Assembly (NCBI GenBank): GCA_015231925.1
Contig: JADGAQ010000001.1
Coordinates: 18,728-82,727, forward strand
Source: Magnetococcales bacterium
GTDB lineage: Bacteria; Pseudomonadota; Magnetococcia; Magnetococcales; JADGAQ01
Direction of reading: 5' to 3'
Length of the DNA: 64,000 nucleotides
Below the pieces are notes generated by a model. That model did not search any database. It worked only from the letters and a program-made list of their open reading frames with translations, and was not told the DNA's origin. Made by a program: the position numbers and the translations under genes. Of the stretch, positions 56,401-64,000 are shown piece after piece; position 1 is the stretch's first letter; the number at the start of each line of letters is the position of its first letter.

Positions 56401-56612
56401 TGTATGAGGAGGGGAGGGGGGTACGCAAGAGTCAGTTGAAGGCCTATTTCTGGTACTCCCTTTCGGCGGTACAGGGAGACAAGGATGCCTTGAAAAATCT
56501 GCAGATGCTGAGTCGCCAACTGACCAAGGAGCAGATTCGTCAGGTGCAGGAAGAGGCGCGTATCTGGCTGGAGAAGCAGGGCAGTGGTGTTGAGGTCAAG
56601 TTGGACGAGTAG
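53487..56612 (+). CDS. receptor-type Ser/Thr protein kinase with extracytoplasmic Sel1-like repeats
   Basis: 1041 aa. The N-terminus is an acidic repeat region. The Hanks kinase domain shows GQGGFGMTYKA, VALKEF, HRDIKPDNIF, DFGSAR and YAPME. A single TM helix follows (IAVLATGAVAILGAGLFLW). I then count 12 Sel1-like repeat starts of the type (W/F)(Y/F)xKAAxxG. Confidence 0.9.
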   Translation: MSGKDRETGLGGGAGGNRNTGDDDAVTILGSGLRLVPADEPDKSGIAEEEDAPTVLGLLVTPPPSPVDDEDAPTVLGLPVMPPPSSVDDEDTPTVLSRPVHTGGVRYDLSDSGRGSAPQEEDDAATVMAVVPPAAPTTRPKAVVDEAATVLAVSLPGGGNEATLLATGEATTESEKTSATDDTDGSVLKPAVVEHPADALPIGQMLLWYKIVKVLGQGGFGMTYKAHDTRLDNYVALKEFLPTQLASRRPDKTIQAKSSEAEPLFIKGRQRFLDEARTLAKFKHPSLVRVTTFFEEYNTAYMAMEFEDGESLAALLKAKKTLDEKELLGVMMPLMQGIQVLHEAQYIHRDIKPDNIFIRAKDNTPVLLDFGSARRASGEDGGHMTAMLTPNYAPMEQYFEDASRQGPWTDIYALGAVMYRCISGRKPIGAPQRSNALMRQQPDPLKPALEIGQGHYSEAVLKAIDLALRVIETERPKSIPDWLKAVQSEKGGEDSDLISMLETAAGAKTTPPQRIAVLATGAVAILGAGLFLWNTLAVKLPSPEEVAREKAAVEFKSLQEKSIQGDGQAMLDLAGRYQEGRGVAQDPFQSLEWYTKAAQKGMQEAQYRLGLIYLQGLGTPRSSVKAVEWFQAAAKQGHVESMFQLGKALEMGAGVKVDNKAALDWHQKAAELGHVEAGYRIGVAMEQGQLMPQDLKGAFDRFVKAAEKGVPEAQYRLGSMFRDGRGIEADAANATRYFRRAAAQGHMESQFILAQRLFKGEGGKADHIEAADWLRKAAESGHAEAQFDLGRAYEKGDGVPLDGMAALKWYSTAAEKGFLNAQLMLAGKFLYGDGVPEDHKSAAKWFQKAAEQGNAIAQTNLAKLYRLGLGVDVDYHNALRWFLEAAKQGNAEAQNSLGSMLENGQGVDQDLKSSFMWYQKAADQGESSAMYNLGWMYEEGRGVDRNIQEAAKWYARAASKGHSRAQNSLGWMYEEGRGVRKSQLKAYFWYSLSAVQGDKDALKNLQMLSRQLTKEQIRQVQEEARIWLEKQGSGVEVKLDE
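53634..53783 (+). repeat. 60-bp tandem repeat (2.5 units) inside the kinase gene
   Basis: Units start at 53634, 53694 and 53754 (GAGGATGC[A/C]CCGACGGTGCTGGGCCTTC..GGTGGACGAC). Units 1 and 2 differ at about 6 of 60 positions. Each encodes EDAPTVLGL(L/P)V(T/M)PPPS(P/S)VDD. Confidence 0.9.
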
Positions 56613-56619
56613 GCGGGTC

Positions 56620-57525
56620 ATGACCTGCGACTATCGTTTGGGCATTGATCTGGGCGGCACCAAGATCGAGGGGTGTGTTCTGGATGGGGCTGGGAAGATG
56701 GTCGCCCGGCGGCGTGTGCCCACGCCTCAGGGCCAATATCGGCAGACGGTTGAGACGATTGCCTCGCTTGTTTTCGCATTGGAGGAGGAGAGTGGTCATT
56801 CGGGGCTTCCGGTGGGGGTGGGGACTCCGGGCGCTTTGATACCGGGTAGCGGGATTCTGAAAAACGCCAATTCGGTTTGTCTGATCGGTCAACCGCTGGG
56901 GGCGGATTTGGCATCGGTTCTGGGACGACCCGTGCGTCTGGCCAATGATGCCGATTGTTTTGCTCTGTCGGAAGCGGTGGACGGGGCGGGTCGTGGGTAC
57001 GACACTCTGTTCGGTGTCATTTTGGGGACAGGTGTGGGAGGGGGGATCGTTATCGGCGGGCGGTTGCTGCAGGGGCCCAACGCCATTGCCGGGGAATGGG
57101 GGCATAATCCGTTGCCCTGGCCGCGTGAGGACGAGCTTCCGGGACCGGCTTGTTACTGTGGTCGGCGGGGCTGTGTCGAAACGTTTTTGTCCGGTCACGG
57201 TTTGGCTGCCTGGTGGCGGGTTCGAGGGGGAGCGCCCTGTTCTGCCGAAGAGATTGCCGCTCTGCACCATCGGGACTCCCTGGCGGACCATTGTCTGCAA
57301 GCCTACTGCGACCGACTGGCCCGTGCCTTGTCCGTGGTCATCAATATACTCGATCCCCATGTCATTGTCCTGGGAGGGGGGCTTTCCCGGATGACGTTCC
57401 TTTATGATCTGGTTCCGGCTTTGTGGTCCCGGTATGTCTTTTCTAATTCCGTGCTGACGGCGTTGCTGCCGGCACGCTTCGGGGATGCCAGCGGGGTCAG
57501 GGGGGCGGCCCGGCTGTGGCCATGA
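56620..57525 (+). CDS. ROK-family sugar kinase (N-acetylglucosamine kinase / fructokinase-like)
   Basis: The start is MTCDYRLGIDLGGTKIEG at ATG 56620. The motifs LANDADCFALSEA, ILGTGVGGG, GEWGH and the zinc motif CYCGRRGCVETFLSG are present. Confidence 0.88.
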   Translation: MTCDYRLGIDLGGTKIEGCVLDGAGKMVARRRVPTPQGQYRQTVETIASLVFALEEESGHSGLPVGVGTPGALIPGSGILKNANSVCLIGQPLGADLASVLGRPVRLANDADCFALSEAVDGAGRGYDTLFGVILGTGVGGGIVIGGRLLQGPNAIAGEWGHNPLPWPREDELPGPACYCGRRGCVETFLSGHGLAAWWRVRGGAPCSAEEIAALHHRDSLADHCLQAYCDRLARALSVVINILDPHVIVLGGGLSRMTFLYDLVPALWSRYVFSNSVLTALLPARFGDASGVRGAARLWP

Positions 57526-57534
57526 AGTTGTCTT

Positions 57535-57685
57535 TTGACGTTTAATATTTAGTCTTTAAAAAATCAAAAAAAGAAAATGTTCTGTCCTTTGACTTTTTTG
57601 TACTTTAATAATATCTTTTAAAGAAAAGTCAAAGGACAGAACATTTTCTTTTTTTGATTTTTTAAAGGATTAAAATATTAAAAAG
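57535..57685. repeat. AT-rich long-palindrome intergenic element, copy 4
   Basis: TTGACGTTTAATATTTAGTCTTTAAAAAATCAAAAAAAGAAAATGTTCTGTCCTTTGACTTTTTTG - centre - AAGAAAAGTCAAAGGACAGAACATTTTCTTTTTTTGATTTTTTAAAGGATTAAAATATTAAAAAG. It lies between the ROK kinase and the MBL-fold gene. Confidence 0.85.
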
Positions 57686-57735
57686 AATTCCCCAATCTGG
57701 TGGTATCGTCTCCTTCGACGAAACGGAAAAAGGCC

Positions 57736-58488
57736 ATGCGGTTAACCGTGTTGGGCAGTGGCACCGGGATTCCCTCGGCACGACGCAACGCGCCGGGCTA
57801 CCTTCTGGAAACAGGGGGGGGCCAAACAGTGCTGCTGGATTGCGGATCCGGCACTCTGCGCCAGATGGAACGGTTCGGCCACTCTTTCGCCACCTTGGCC
57901 GGGGTTTGCATCACCCATCAGCATCCGGATCATATCGGCGATCTGGTCTCCTTGCTGCACGCCTGCCGCTTGCCGGGGCTGCAACGCCGGGAACCGTTGC
58001 CCATCTACGGTCCCGCCGGTTTCGGCCGGTTTTATGAACAGTTCATCCTGCCGGTATCCGGACTGCCTTCCCAGTTCGAGGTCCGGATGCAGGAGACCCA
58101 CCAACCTTTCGAACTGGGCGGCATGCAGGTTCGCTTCGCGCCGACGGTTCATTCGGAGCGATTTGCCAGTCAGGGCTATCGCTTCGAGGCGGACGGCCGG
58201 GTTGTGGTCTGTTCCGGGGATTGCGATTGGGGGGAGGCGATTCTGGAGTTGGCAAAAGGGGCGGATCTGCTGGTTCTGGATTGCTCGACTCTGCAGGCCA
58301 ACAAGGCTCCGGGACATCTTTCCGCCTTGCAATGCGGTCTGCTGGCGCAACAGGCTGGAGTGGCCAGGGTTCTGCTCAGCCACTTCTATCCCATCGAGGG
58401 GCCCGACGAGCTGCGCCGCACCGAATGCGCCGTTTCCTACTCCGGAGAGTGCCTGCTTGCCGAAGATGGCATGGTGGTGGCGTTGTGA
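57736..58488 (+). CDS. MBL-fold metallo-hydrolase (RNase Z/BN-like)
   Basis: The start is MRLTVLGSGTGIPS at ATG 57736. The motifs LLDCGSG, ITHQHPDHIGDL (HxHxDH) and a late GHLS are present. Confidence 0.85.
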   Translation: MRLTVLGSGTGIPSARRNAPGYLLETGGGQTVLLDCGSGTLRQMERFGHSFATLAGVCITHQHPDHIGDLVSLLHACRLPGLQRREPLPIYGPAGFGRFYEQFILPVSGLPSQFEVRMQETHQPFELGGMQVRFAPTVHSERFASQGYRFEADGRVVVCSGDCDWGEAILELAKGADLLVLDCSTLQANKAPGHLSALQCGLLAQQAGVARVLLSHFYPIEGPDELRRTECAVSYSGECLLAEDGMVVAL

Positions 58489-58517
58489 GGTGAACTGGGA
58501 AGCGATACCGGGAGAGT

Positions 58518-58591
58518 TGGCTGGCGGACTAGGACTCGAACCTAGACTAGCGGAGCCAGAGTCCGCCGTCCTGCCATTAGACGATCCGCCA
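58518..58591 (-). tRNA. tRNA-Gln (anticodon CUG), CCA encoded
   Basis: The minus strand reads TGGCGGA TC GTCT AATGGCA GGAC G GCGGA CTCTGGC TCCGC TAGT CTAGG TTCGAGT CCTAG TCCGCCA G CCA. The U1-A72 pair is typical of tRNA-Gln. Confidence 0.9.
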
Positions 58592-58786
58592 ACAGGTGCG
58601 CCATGATGCGCCCGCTTCATCGCCTTGTCAACGGTCACCGGAAGCGGGCAGCAATCTTTATGCGGACTTTTTCGTCGGTGGGTATGGCGATATGTAGCCG
58701 TTACCGTTATCCTCTTGACAACCGGGGCAAACACAAGACCCCGCGGCGGATGCGTCCAATCGAGGGGGAAAAACGTGACAGGAGAA

Positions 58787-59815
58787 ATGGTGCTGATCGC
58801 CATCACGATTGTGGCGGTGCTGGGGTTTGACTTCACCAACGGTTTTCATGATGCGTCCAATATGACAGCTTCCGCCGTGGCCTGTGGGGCCATGACGCCA
58901 ATCAAGGCGGTCGTTCTGGTCAGCATCTTTACCTTTGTCGGTCCCCTGTTGGGGGGAACGGCGGTAGCCAACACCATCGGCAAAATCGTGACCATCCACG
59001 ATCAGGCGCCACTCTTTTCGACTACAGTCATCCTGAGTGGCATGCTCTCAGCGATTTTCTGGAATCTGTTGACCTGGTGGAAGGGGATGCCTTCCTCCTC
59101 GTCTCACGCCCTGGTGGGTGGCATGGTTGGGGCGACGGCGGTTGCCGTGGGGGGGGATCACGTCATTTGGGGGTTCGATACCCTGTTCCACGAAGGACAT
59201 CTGACGGGGTTTGCCAAGGTTCTGGTTTCGTTGTTGATTTCGCCGCCCATCGGCTTTCTCATGGGATTGTTGGTGCAACGGGTCATGCTTTTTCTGCTCG
59301 GCACTCTGGCGACTCCCAGCATCAACCGTCCGTTGCGCTATTTTCAATATGTCACGACCTCCGGACTGGCTTTCGCGCATGGCACCAACGATGCCCAGAA
59401 AAGCATGGGCATCATCGCCCTGGTGCTGTTTCTGAACGGCATATCCCCGACTTTTGAAGTACCGTGGTGGGTGATGCTGGTCTGTGCCCTGGCCATAACC
59501 CTGGGCACCCTCTTCGGTGGCTGGCGAATTGCCCGGACTCTGGCTTTCGATATTTACAAACTTCGATCCGTCCATGCCCTGGATTCCCAATTGGCATCCA
59601 GCCTGGTGGTGTTGGGAGCCTCTCATTTGGGGGCGCCGGTTTCGACCACCCATGTGGTGGGTTCGACCATCATGGGGATCGGAACCGCCGAGTATCCCAA
59701 ACGGGTGCGCTGGGCCATGGCCTTTGAAATCGTGGCAACCTGGATGATTACCATTCCCTGTTCGGCGTTGGTTGCGGTATTGTTCTGGTACAGTCTGGAA
59801 TGGGTGGTTCGCTGA
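58787..59815 (+). CDS. pit: PiT-family inorganic phosphate transporter
   Basis: The start is MVLIAITIVAVLGFDFTNGFHDASN at ATG 58787 after GGAGA. The second PiT signature is AFAHGTNDAQKSMGII. The sequence is multi-TM. The upstream 54 codons of the track ORF run almost to the tRNA and are rejected. Confidence 0.9.
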   Translation: MVLIAITIVAVLGFDFTNGFHDASNMTASAVACGAMTPIKAVVLVSIFTFVGPLLGGTAVANTIGKIVTIHDQAPLFSTTVILSGMLSAIFWNLLTWWKGMPSSSSHALVGGMVGATAVAVGGDHVIWGFDTLFHEGHLTGFAKVLVSLLISPPIGFLMGLLVQRVMLFLLGTLATPSINRPLRYFQYVTTSGLAFAHGTNDAQKSMGIIALVLFLNGISPTFEVPWWVMLVCALAITLGTLFGGWRIARTLAFDIYKLRSVHALDSQLASSLVVLGASHLGAPVSTTHVVGSTIMGIGTAEYPKRVRWAMAFEIVATWMITIPCSALVAVLFWYSLEWVVR

Positions 59816-59828
59816 AGGAGGCAATACC

Positions 59829-60314
59829 GTGTTCTTGAAAACCCTGGCAACCGTAATGGGGAATTTTTTCCGGGGGCGCTCGCTGCCGGCTCATAATCGA
59901 CGCCAGGGGGATCGCTACCGCGCGGAAAACCGGCAGCGTCCGGGGGTTGTCGAGACGGCGACGGGGCTGCAGTACGAGGTTTTGCACCAGGGCGATGGTC
60001 CCAAACCCGAGGTACTGCACCTGTTGACGGTGCATTACCGGGGCACTCTGATCAACGGTGTGGAATTCGACAGCTCCTATGGACGGGGTGTGCCTCTCGA
60101 CATCCACCTTTACGAGGTTATTCCCGGATGGCGGGAAGGCATGGTCCTCATGCCGGTGGGCAGTCGCTATCGTTTCGTCATCCCTCCTGAGCTGGCTTAC
60201 GGCAACCGCAAGATGGGGCTTCTGTTGGGGCCGGAGTCAACTCTTATTTTCGATGTTGAGCTGCTTAACGCCGAGAAAGAAAAGAGAAATACAGAGTGTA
60301 AACAATTAATATAA
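59829..60314 (+). CDS. FKBP-type peptidyl-prolyl cis-trans isomerase
   Basis: GTG 59829 lies 8 nt after GGAGG (alternative ATG 59856). The motifs are GLQYEVLHQGDG, VHYRGTLINGVEFDSSY, VIPGWREGM, IPPELAYG and LIFDVELL. The last 13 codons (AEKEKRNTECKQLI) are AT-rich and not part of the FKBP fold. Confidence 0.88.
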   Translation: MFLKTLATVMGNFFRGRSLPAHNRRQGDRYRAENRQRPGVVETATGLQYEVLHQGDGPKPEVLHLLTVHYRGTLINGVEFDSSYGRGVPLDIHLYEVIPGWREGMVLMPVGSRYRFVIPPELAYGNRKMGLLLGPESTLIFDVELLNAEKEKRNTECKQLI

Positions 60315-60330
60315 TAAAAATTAAACACTG

Positions 60331-60458
60331 TAACTATTCAGGCCCTTGCACAGCGCGGCATGATCGTGTCAACAGCGAAAGGAAAAGTCCCAGGGCGCTG
60401 CCCTGGACCCGTCGGGGGGGATAATCCCCCCCGAACCCCCGTATACCTGAACAGATAC
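60331..60458 (-). repeat. 129-nt GC-rich structured repeat, copy B (inverted relative to copy A)
   Basis: Its reverse complement aligns with 11671..11799. Its hairpins are CGGGGGGGA-tta-TCCCCCCCG and CCAGGGC-agc-GCCCTGG. Confidence 0.8.
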
Positions 60459-60501
60459 AAAACACTTAAAACTTAGCCGAAGTGATATTGTTTTTCAATA
60501 G

Positions 60502-61389
60502 TTAAGGTGCAAGAGTGATGCGGTTGCGACCATTCTGTTTTGATTGATAGAGTGCGGCATCGGCCCGACTCAACAGGCTCTCTTCGCTTTCCCCTTCTGC
60601 CAGGACGGCCAAACCAAAACTGGCGGTTTTGTGGCCTACACCGACAAAAAGGTGCTGCTCGATATAGCTCCGGATTTTTTCGATATGAATCCAGGCCCCC
60701 TCTTGGTTTGATTCGGGAAGAATCAGGGCGAATTCTTCCCCGCCGTAACGGAAACAGAGATCCGATTCCCGGCTGTTTTCCCGCAAAATCTGGCCTAATT
60801 CACGCAGCACCCGGTCTCCGGTGGCATGGCCAAAAACATCGTTTACGGCTTTGAAGTGGTCCAGATCCATCATCACCAGGACCAGATCCCGTTTGTAGCG
60901 CATGGCGCGGTCACACTCCCGAACCAGGGCGGCATCGAAAGCGCGACGGTTGTTCAAACCGGTCAGCGCATCGGTTTGGGCCAGATTACGGTCTTCCACG
61001 GCTTGTCGACGTTTGCGGGCTTCGTCGACGCCCCTTTCGATCTGAACCACGAGTAGCTCGGGATCGAAGGGTTTGGTGACGTAGAGATCGATTCCGGTGC
61101 GCAACCCGGTGATCTGGTCGCTGGTGTTGCCCTTGGCGGTCAACATAATGAGGTAAATCGAGTCGTTTTTTGCGTTTTCCCGCAGGGAGCGCGCCACTTG
61201 GGGCCCCTCCATGCCCGGCATCATCCAGTCGAGGAGCATCAGCTCCGGGGTGTTTTGTTCAAGGTATTGCAGAGCGGCAGGACCATTTTCCGCCTGCACG
61301 ACCGTATAACCGGCCAATTCCAGATGCAGGGCCAGCATTTGACGGATATCTGCCGAATCATCCACGATCAACACGGTACCTGGGTCCAT
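60502..61389 (-). CDS. response regulator with GGDEF output (PleD-like, single REC)
   Basis: 295 aa. The REC domain shows [23 protein letters not shown] and LTAKG. The GGDEF domain shows DALTGLNNRR, MMDLDHFKAVND and RYGGEEFALIL. Confidence 0.9.
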   Translation of the reverse strand: MDPGTVLIVDDSADIRQMLALHLELAGYTVVQAENGPAALQYLEQNTPELMLLDWMMPGMEGPQVARSLRENAKNDSIYLIMLTAKGNTSDQITGLRTGIDLYVTKPFDPELLVVQIERGVDEARKRRQAVEDRNLAQTDALTGLNNRRAFDAALVRECDRAMRYKRDLVLVMMDLDHFKAVNDVFGHATGDRVLRELGQILRENSRESDLCFRYGGEEFALILPESNQEGAWIHIEKIRSYIEQHLFVGVGHKTASFGLAVLAEGESEESLLSRADAALYQSKQNGRNRITLAP

Positions 61390-61390
61390 A

Positions 61391-63997
61391 TCACTTCTCC
61401 AAAGGGGTTGTATTCGGAGTTGAACGCGGATCGGGGGCCACGGCGGGAATTGTAAAGGAAAAGACCGTACCTTCTCCGAAACGGCTTGTCACGCTGATCT
61501 GCCCACCATGGAGTTCCACCAACTGTCGCGTGATGGTCAATCCCAGTCCGGTTCCTCCTGCTTTGCGAGTGGCGGAGCTGTCCACTTGATGGAACCGGTC
61601 GAAAACGTGATCCAATTCACCTCCCGGGATACCGCATCCGGTATCGGCAACCCGGAATTCCACAATCTTTTCGGCACTCCGGGCGGAAAGGGTGATGCTT
61701 CCCGCCTCGGTGAATTTCACGGCGTTGCCGACCAGGTTTAGCAGGATTTGGCGGAGACGGACCCTGTCGGCGTAGACCACCGCCGTTGTGGGTTCCCGGA
61801 TGATGAGTAGTTTTTTCTCTGAGGCCAGGGTTTGCAGCCCGGTGGCCACCTCCTGAAGAAGCGGGTCGGCATCGAGGAGGTTGCATTGGAGTTGCAATTT
61901 TCCTGCTTCAATTTTGGAAATATCCAGCAGGTCGTTGATGAGGGTCAACAGGTGGGAGCCGTTGCGTTTCATCTCCTCGGCCATTTTCCGGATCATGGCG
62001 AAGAGTTTGCGGAGGTCGTCGAGGCTCTGCGCCCGATCTTCGAGAGAGGCGGCAATCTTTTTGGCCAGGGGGACTTTGGCATCCAGGTCAATGAGCAGCG
62101 GCAGGTAGCCCAGGATGACCGTCAGAGGGGTGCGCAGTTCATGGCTCATGACATTCAGGAAATCCGATTTCGCCTGGTTGGCCCTTTCGGCGGCCTCTTT
62201 GGCGGAGATCAGTACCTGTTCGGCTTCCTTGCGCAGGGTGATGTCTTCCTGCAGGGAGACATAGCCGGAAATCTGTCCATCCTCCTGACGAATGGGCGCA
62301 ATGGCCACGGTAGCCCAATAGGTGGCGCCGTTTTTACGCCGGTTTTGCATTTCGCCCCGCCAGATCTCCCCCTTTTGCAGCAGGGACCAGAGGTGGCGGT
62401 ATTCTTCTGCGTCGGTATGACCGGTTTTGAGGAAGCGTGGGTTTTTCCCCCGAACCTCTTCGGCCGGATATCCGGTAACCTCGCTGAAACGGGGATTGGT
62501 GTAAATGATGCGTCCTTCAGTATCGGCAATGATGACGACGCTTGGGCTTTGTTCCACGGCCAATGAGAGTTTGCGAATTTCCTTCAGGTTTTGTTTGTGT
62601 TCGGTCATGTCGACGATACTGCCGACAAAGAGCCAGCCCCGGCCGGAACGCGCCGCACCGACGGAGAGCCAGAGGGGGAATTGGCTGCCATCCGCTTTCA
62701 GTCCGACGACTTCCCTGTCCATTCCGATAATATGGGCCTCTTCCGTGGCGATATAACGGGAGAGGTAGCCGTCATGGGCCGAATGGTAAGGTTCAGGCAT
62801 GAGCATTTTAACGTTATTACCCAGCAATTGCCGGGAGGAGTAGCCAAAAAGCTGTTCCGTGGCCGGATTGCAGGAGAGGATGCTGCCGCGTTCGTTGATG
62901 GTGATGATGGCGTGGCGCGCGATTCTTTGAACGGTGCGAAGGTGGCGTTCGCTGTTTTGCTGTGAAAACGACAGATTCTGGGATAACCCGAAGAGTAGAA
63001 GGCTGCCGATCAAACCGCCAATAAGAACGAATCGGGGTTTGTCGAAGTCGATGCTTGCTTCGAAGAGAGGTGTGCTTTTGAAATCGAGACGCCATTGGCG
63101 ACCGGCTATGGAGAGGGTCTCCTGGTGGTGAAATATCGGGGGTGTTTCATAATGGAGAATTCCGTCCGAATCGAAGAGAAGGGACTCGGCGTTATCCGAA
63201 TGGTCGTAGATGTGCAGATCCACGAAGGGAAACTGCGAGCCGAGAATTTTTTCAAGGAGGTCATCCATGCGAAACGGTGCATAGACGAAGCCGATAACAG
63301 CCTCTTGGCGTTGGGCGACATCCAGCAATGGAAGTCCGTTATGGTAGACGGGCAGGTAGAGAAGAACTCCGGCTTGAGGTTTCTCCCCGGTTTCCTGAAC
63401 CAGCTTGACTTTTCCGGAAAGGGTGGGTTCACCACTGTCCCGAGCCTGGCTCATGGCGAGACGACGTACCGGTTCGGAGAACATGTCGTAGCCGAAGGCG
63501 CGTTGATTTCGCCAGTCGAAAGGTTCCAGGAAGAGGATCGAGGTGTAGATATCGCGGGGGCCTTCAGGCCTTGGTGTGTAGTCGGGAAAGCCCGATTCCC
63601 GAATGCGTCGTATATGGTTCTCCATTTCCGGGGGAGCGATGAAAACCGACCAGCCTACTCCTTGTATTCCCGGAAAGTTTTTTTCAAGCTGTAAATATTT
63701 GACGAAAATTCGCCAATCTTCCCGGCTGACGGAATCTTTCGTATTGAAAAGGGCGACACCACTGCGCAGAACCTGGATGTAATTGTCCATGCGGGATTTG
63801 ATGGCGGAAACATGCTGTTCAACCCCGGAGTGAAACGTGTTTCGTGTATGCTCCAAGACCTCTCTACGCATCGAATCCCAGCCGTAAAATGTTGCAAGAA
63901 GGGTCATCGAGAGGAGCAGCCAGGGAAACGCGGCAGCGAAATTGATCTTTGGAAGGATTTTATTGAAATTTATTATCATCATTAGAATAAGTATCAT
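61391..63997 (-). CDS. hybrid-less sensor histidine kinase: CHASE - TM - 2x PAS - HisKA - HATPase
   Basis: 868 aa. The periplasmic CHASE domain shows GVGWSVFI..YTSILFLEPFDWRNQRAFGYDMFSEPVRRLAMSQARDSGEPTLSGKV. The PAS domains show FGYSSRQLLG and EVTGYPAEEVRG. The H-box is MSHELRTPL, and the N/G boxes are NLVGNAVKF, DTGCGI and GGTGLGL. The ATG at 63997 is 3 nt from the window edge, so the true start could lie outside. Confidence 0.88.
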   Translation of the reverse strand: MILILMMIINFNKILPKINFAAAFPWLLLSMTLLATFYGWDSMRREVLEHTRNTFHSGVEQHVSAIKSRMDNYIQVLRSGVALFNTKDSVSREDWRIFVKYLQLEKNFPGIQGVGWSVFIAPPEMENHIRRIRESGFPDYTPRPEGPRDIYTSILFLEPFDWRNQRAFGYDMFSEPVRRLAMSQARDSGEPTLSGKVKLVQETGEKPQAGVLLYLPVYHNGLPLLDVAQRQEAVIGFVYAPFRMDDLLEKILGSQFPFVDLHIYDHSDNAESLLFDSDGILHYETPPIFHHQETLSIAGRQWRLDFKSTPLFEASIDFDKPRFVLIGGLIGSLLLFGLSQNLSFSQQNSERHLRTVQRIARHAIITINERGSILSCNPATEQLFGYSSRQLLGNNVKMLMPEPYHSAHDGYLSRYIATEEAHIIGMDREVVGLKADGSQFPLWLSVGAARSGRGWLFVGSIVDMTEHKQNLKEIRKLSLAVEQSPSVVIIADTEGRIIYTNPRFSEVTGYPAEEVRGKNPRFLKTGHTDAEEYRHLWSLLQKGEIWRGEMQNRRKNGATYWATVAIAPIRQEDGQISGYVSLQEDITLRKEAEQVLISAKEAAERANQAKSDFLNVMSHELRTPLTVILGYLPLLIDLDAKVPLAKKIAASLEDRAQSLDDLRKLFAMIRKMAEEMKRNGSHLLTLINDLLDISKIEAGKLQLQCNLLDADPLLQEVATGLQTLASEKKLLIIREPTTAVVYADRVRLRQILLNLVGNAVKFTEAGSITLSARSAEKIVEFRVADTGCGIPGGELDHVFDRFHQVDSSATRKAGGTGLGLTITRQLVELHGGQISVTSRFGEGTVFSFTIPAVAPDPRSTPNTTPLEK

Positions 63998-64000
63998 CCA

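Noticed and set aside
53949-56621. An 890-aa minus-strand ORF.
   Set aside because: It is antisense to the Ser/Thr kinase / Sel1-repeat gene, has low-complexity composition and shows no recognisable domains.

Overview
This is a GC-rich, Gram-negative (proteobacterium-like) chromosomal window that is densely coding. It holds about 50 protein genes and 2 tRNAs, with no rRNA, no CRISPR array and no transposase or integrase gene. The backbone is housekeeping: murI, tRNA-Leu, dnaE, accA, fba, ftsY, slt, queD/queE/thiE, a dinG-like helicase, tsaB/rimI, apaH, serC, tRNA-Gln, PiT and FKBP. Interleaved with it are motility and signalling genes: a flagellin with a sigma-28-type promoter, a STAS-cheA-cheB-cheR operon, two GGDEF proteins, a CHASE/PAS histidine kinase and a Sel1-repeat receptor Ser/Thr kinase. 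There are also envelope genes: a beta-barrel OMP, a 1245-aa multi-SLBB polysaccharide exporter, and an orphan type IV pilin with a divergent PilM/N/P-like trio. Six things are not explained by the gene list. (1) Four copies of an AT-rich 140-185 bp long-palindrome element sit at gene 3' ends. (2) Two inverted copies, 48.5 kb apart, of a 129-nt GC-rich element keep both hairpins, once through a compensatory G:C to C:G switch, and each borders AT-rich DNA. (3) A ~1.1 kb AT-rich islet carries an RNxxAH (HEPN-type) gene translationally coupled to a frameshifted, truncated N6-adenine methyltransferase. (4) A translationally coupled secreted TPR-caspase / FGE-like pair lies tail-to-tail with an atypical 576-aa radical-SAM protein coupled to a GT2 glycosyltransferase. 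(5) An XPB-like helicase overlaps a DUF790-like partner. (6) A CBS / guanylate-kinase-like / CYTH / ApaH run suggests linked nucleotide metabolism. All domain calls are by-eye motif recognition from the supplied translations and my own reading of the DNA. No database search or folding program was run.
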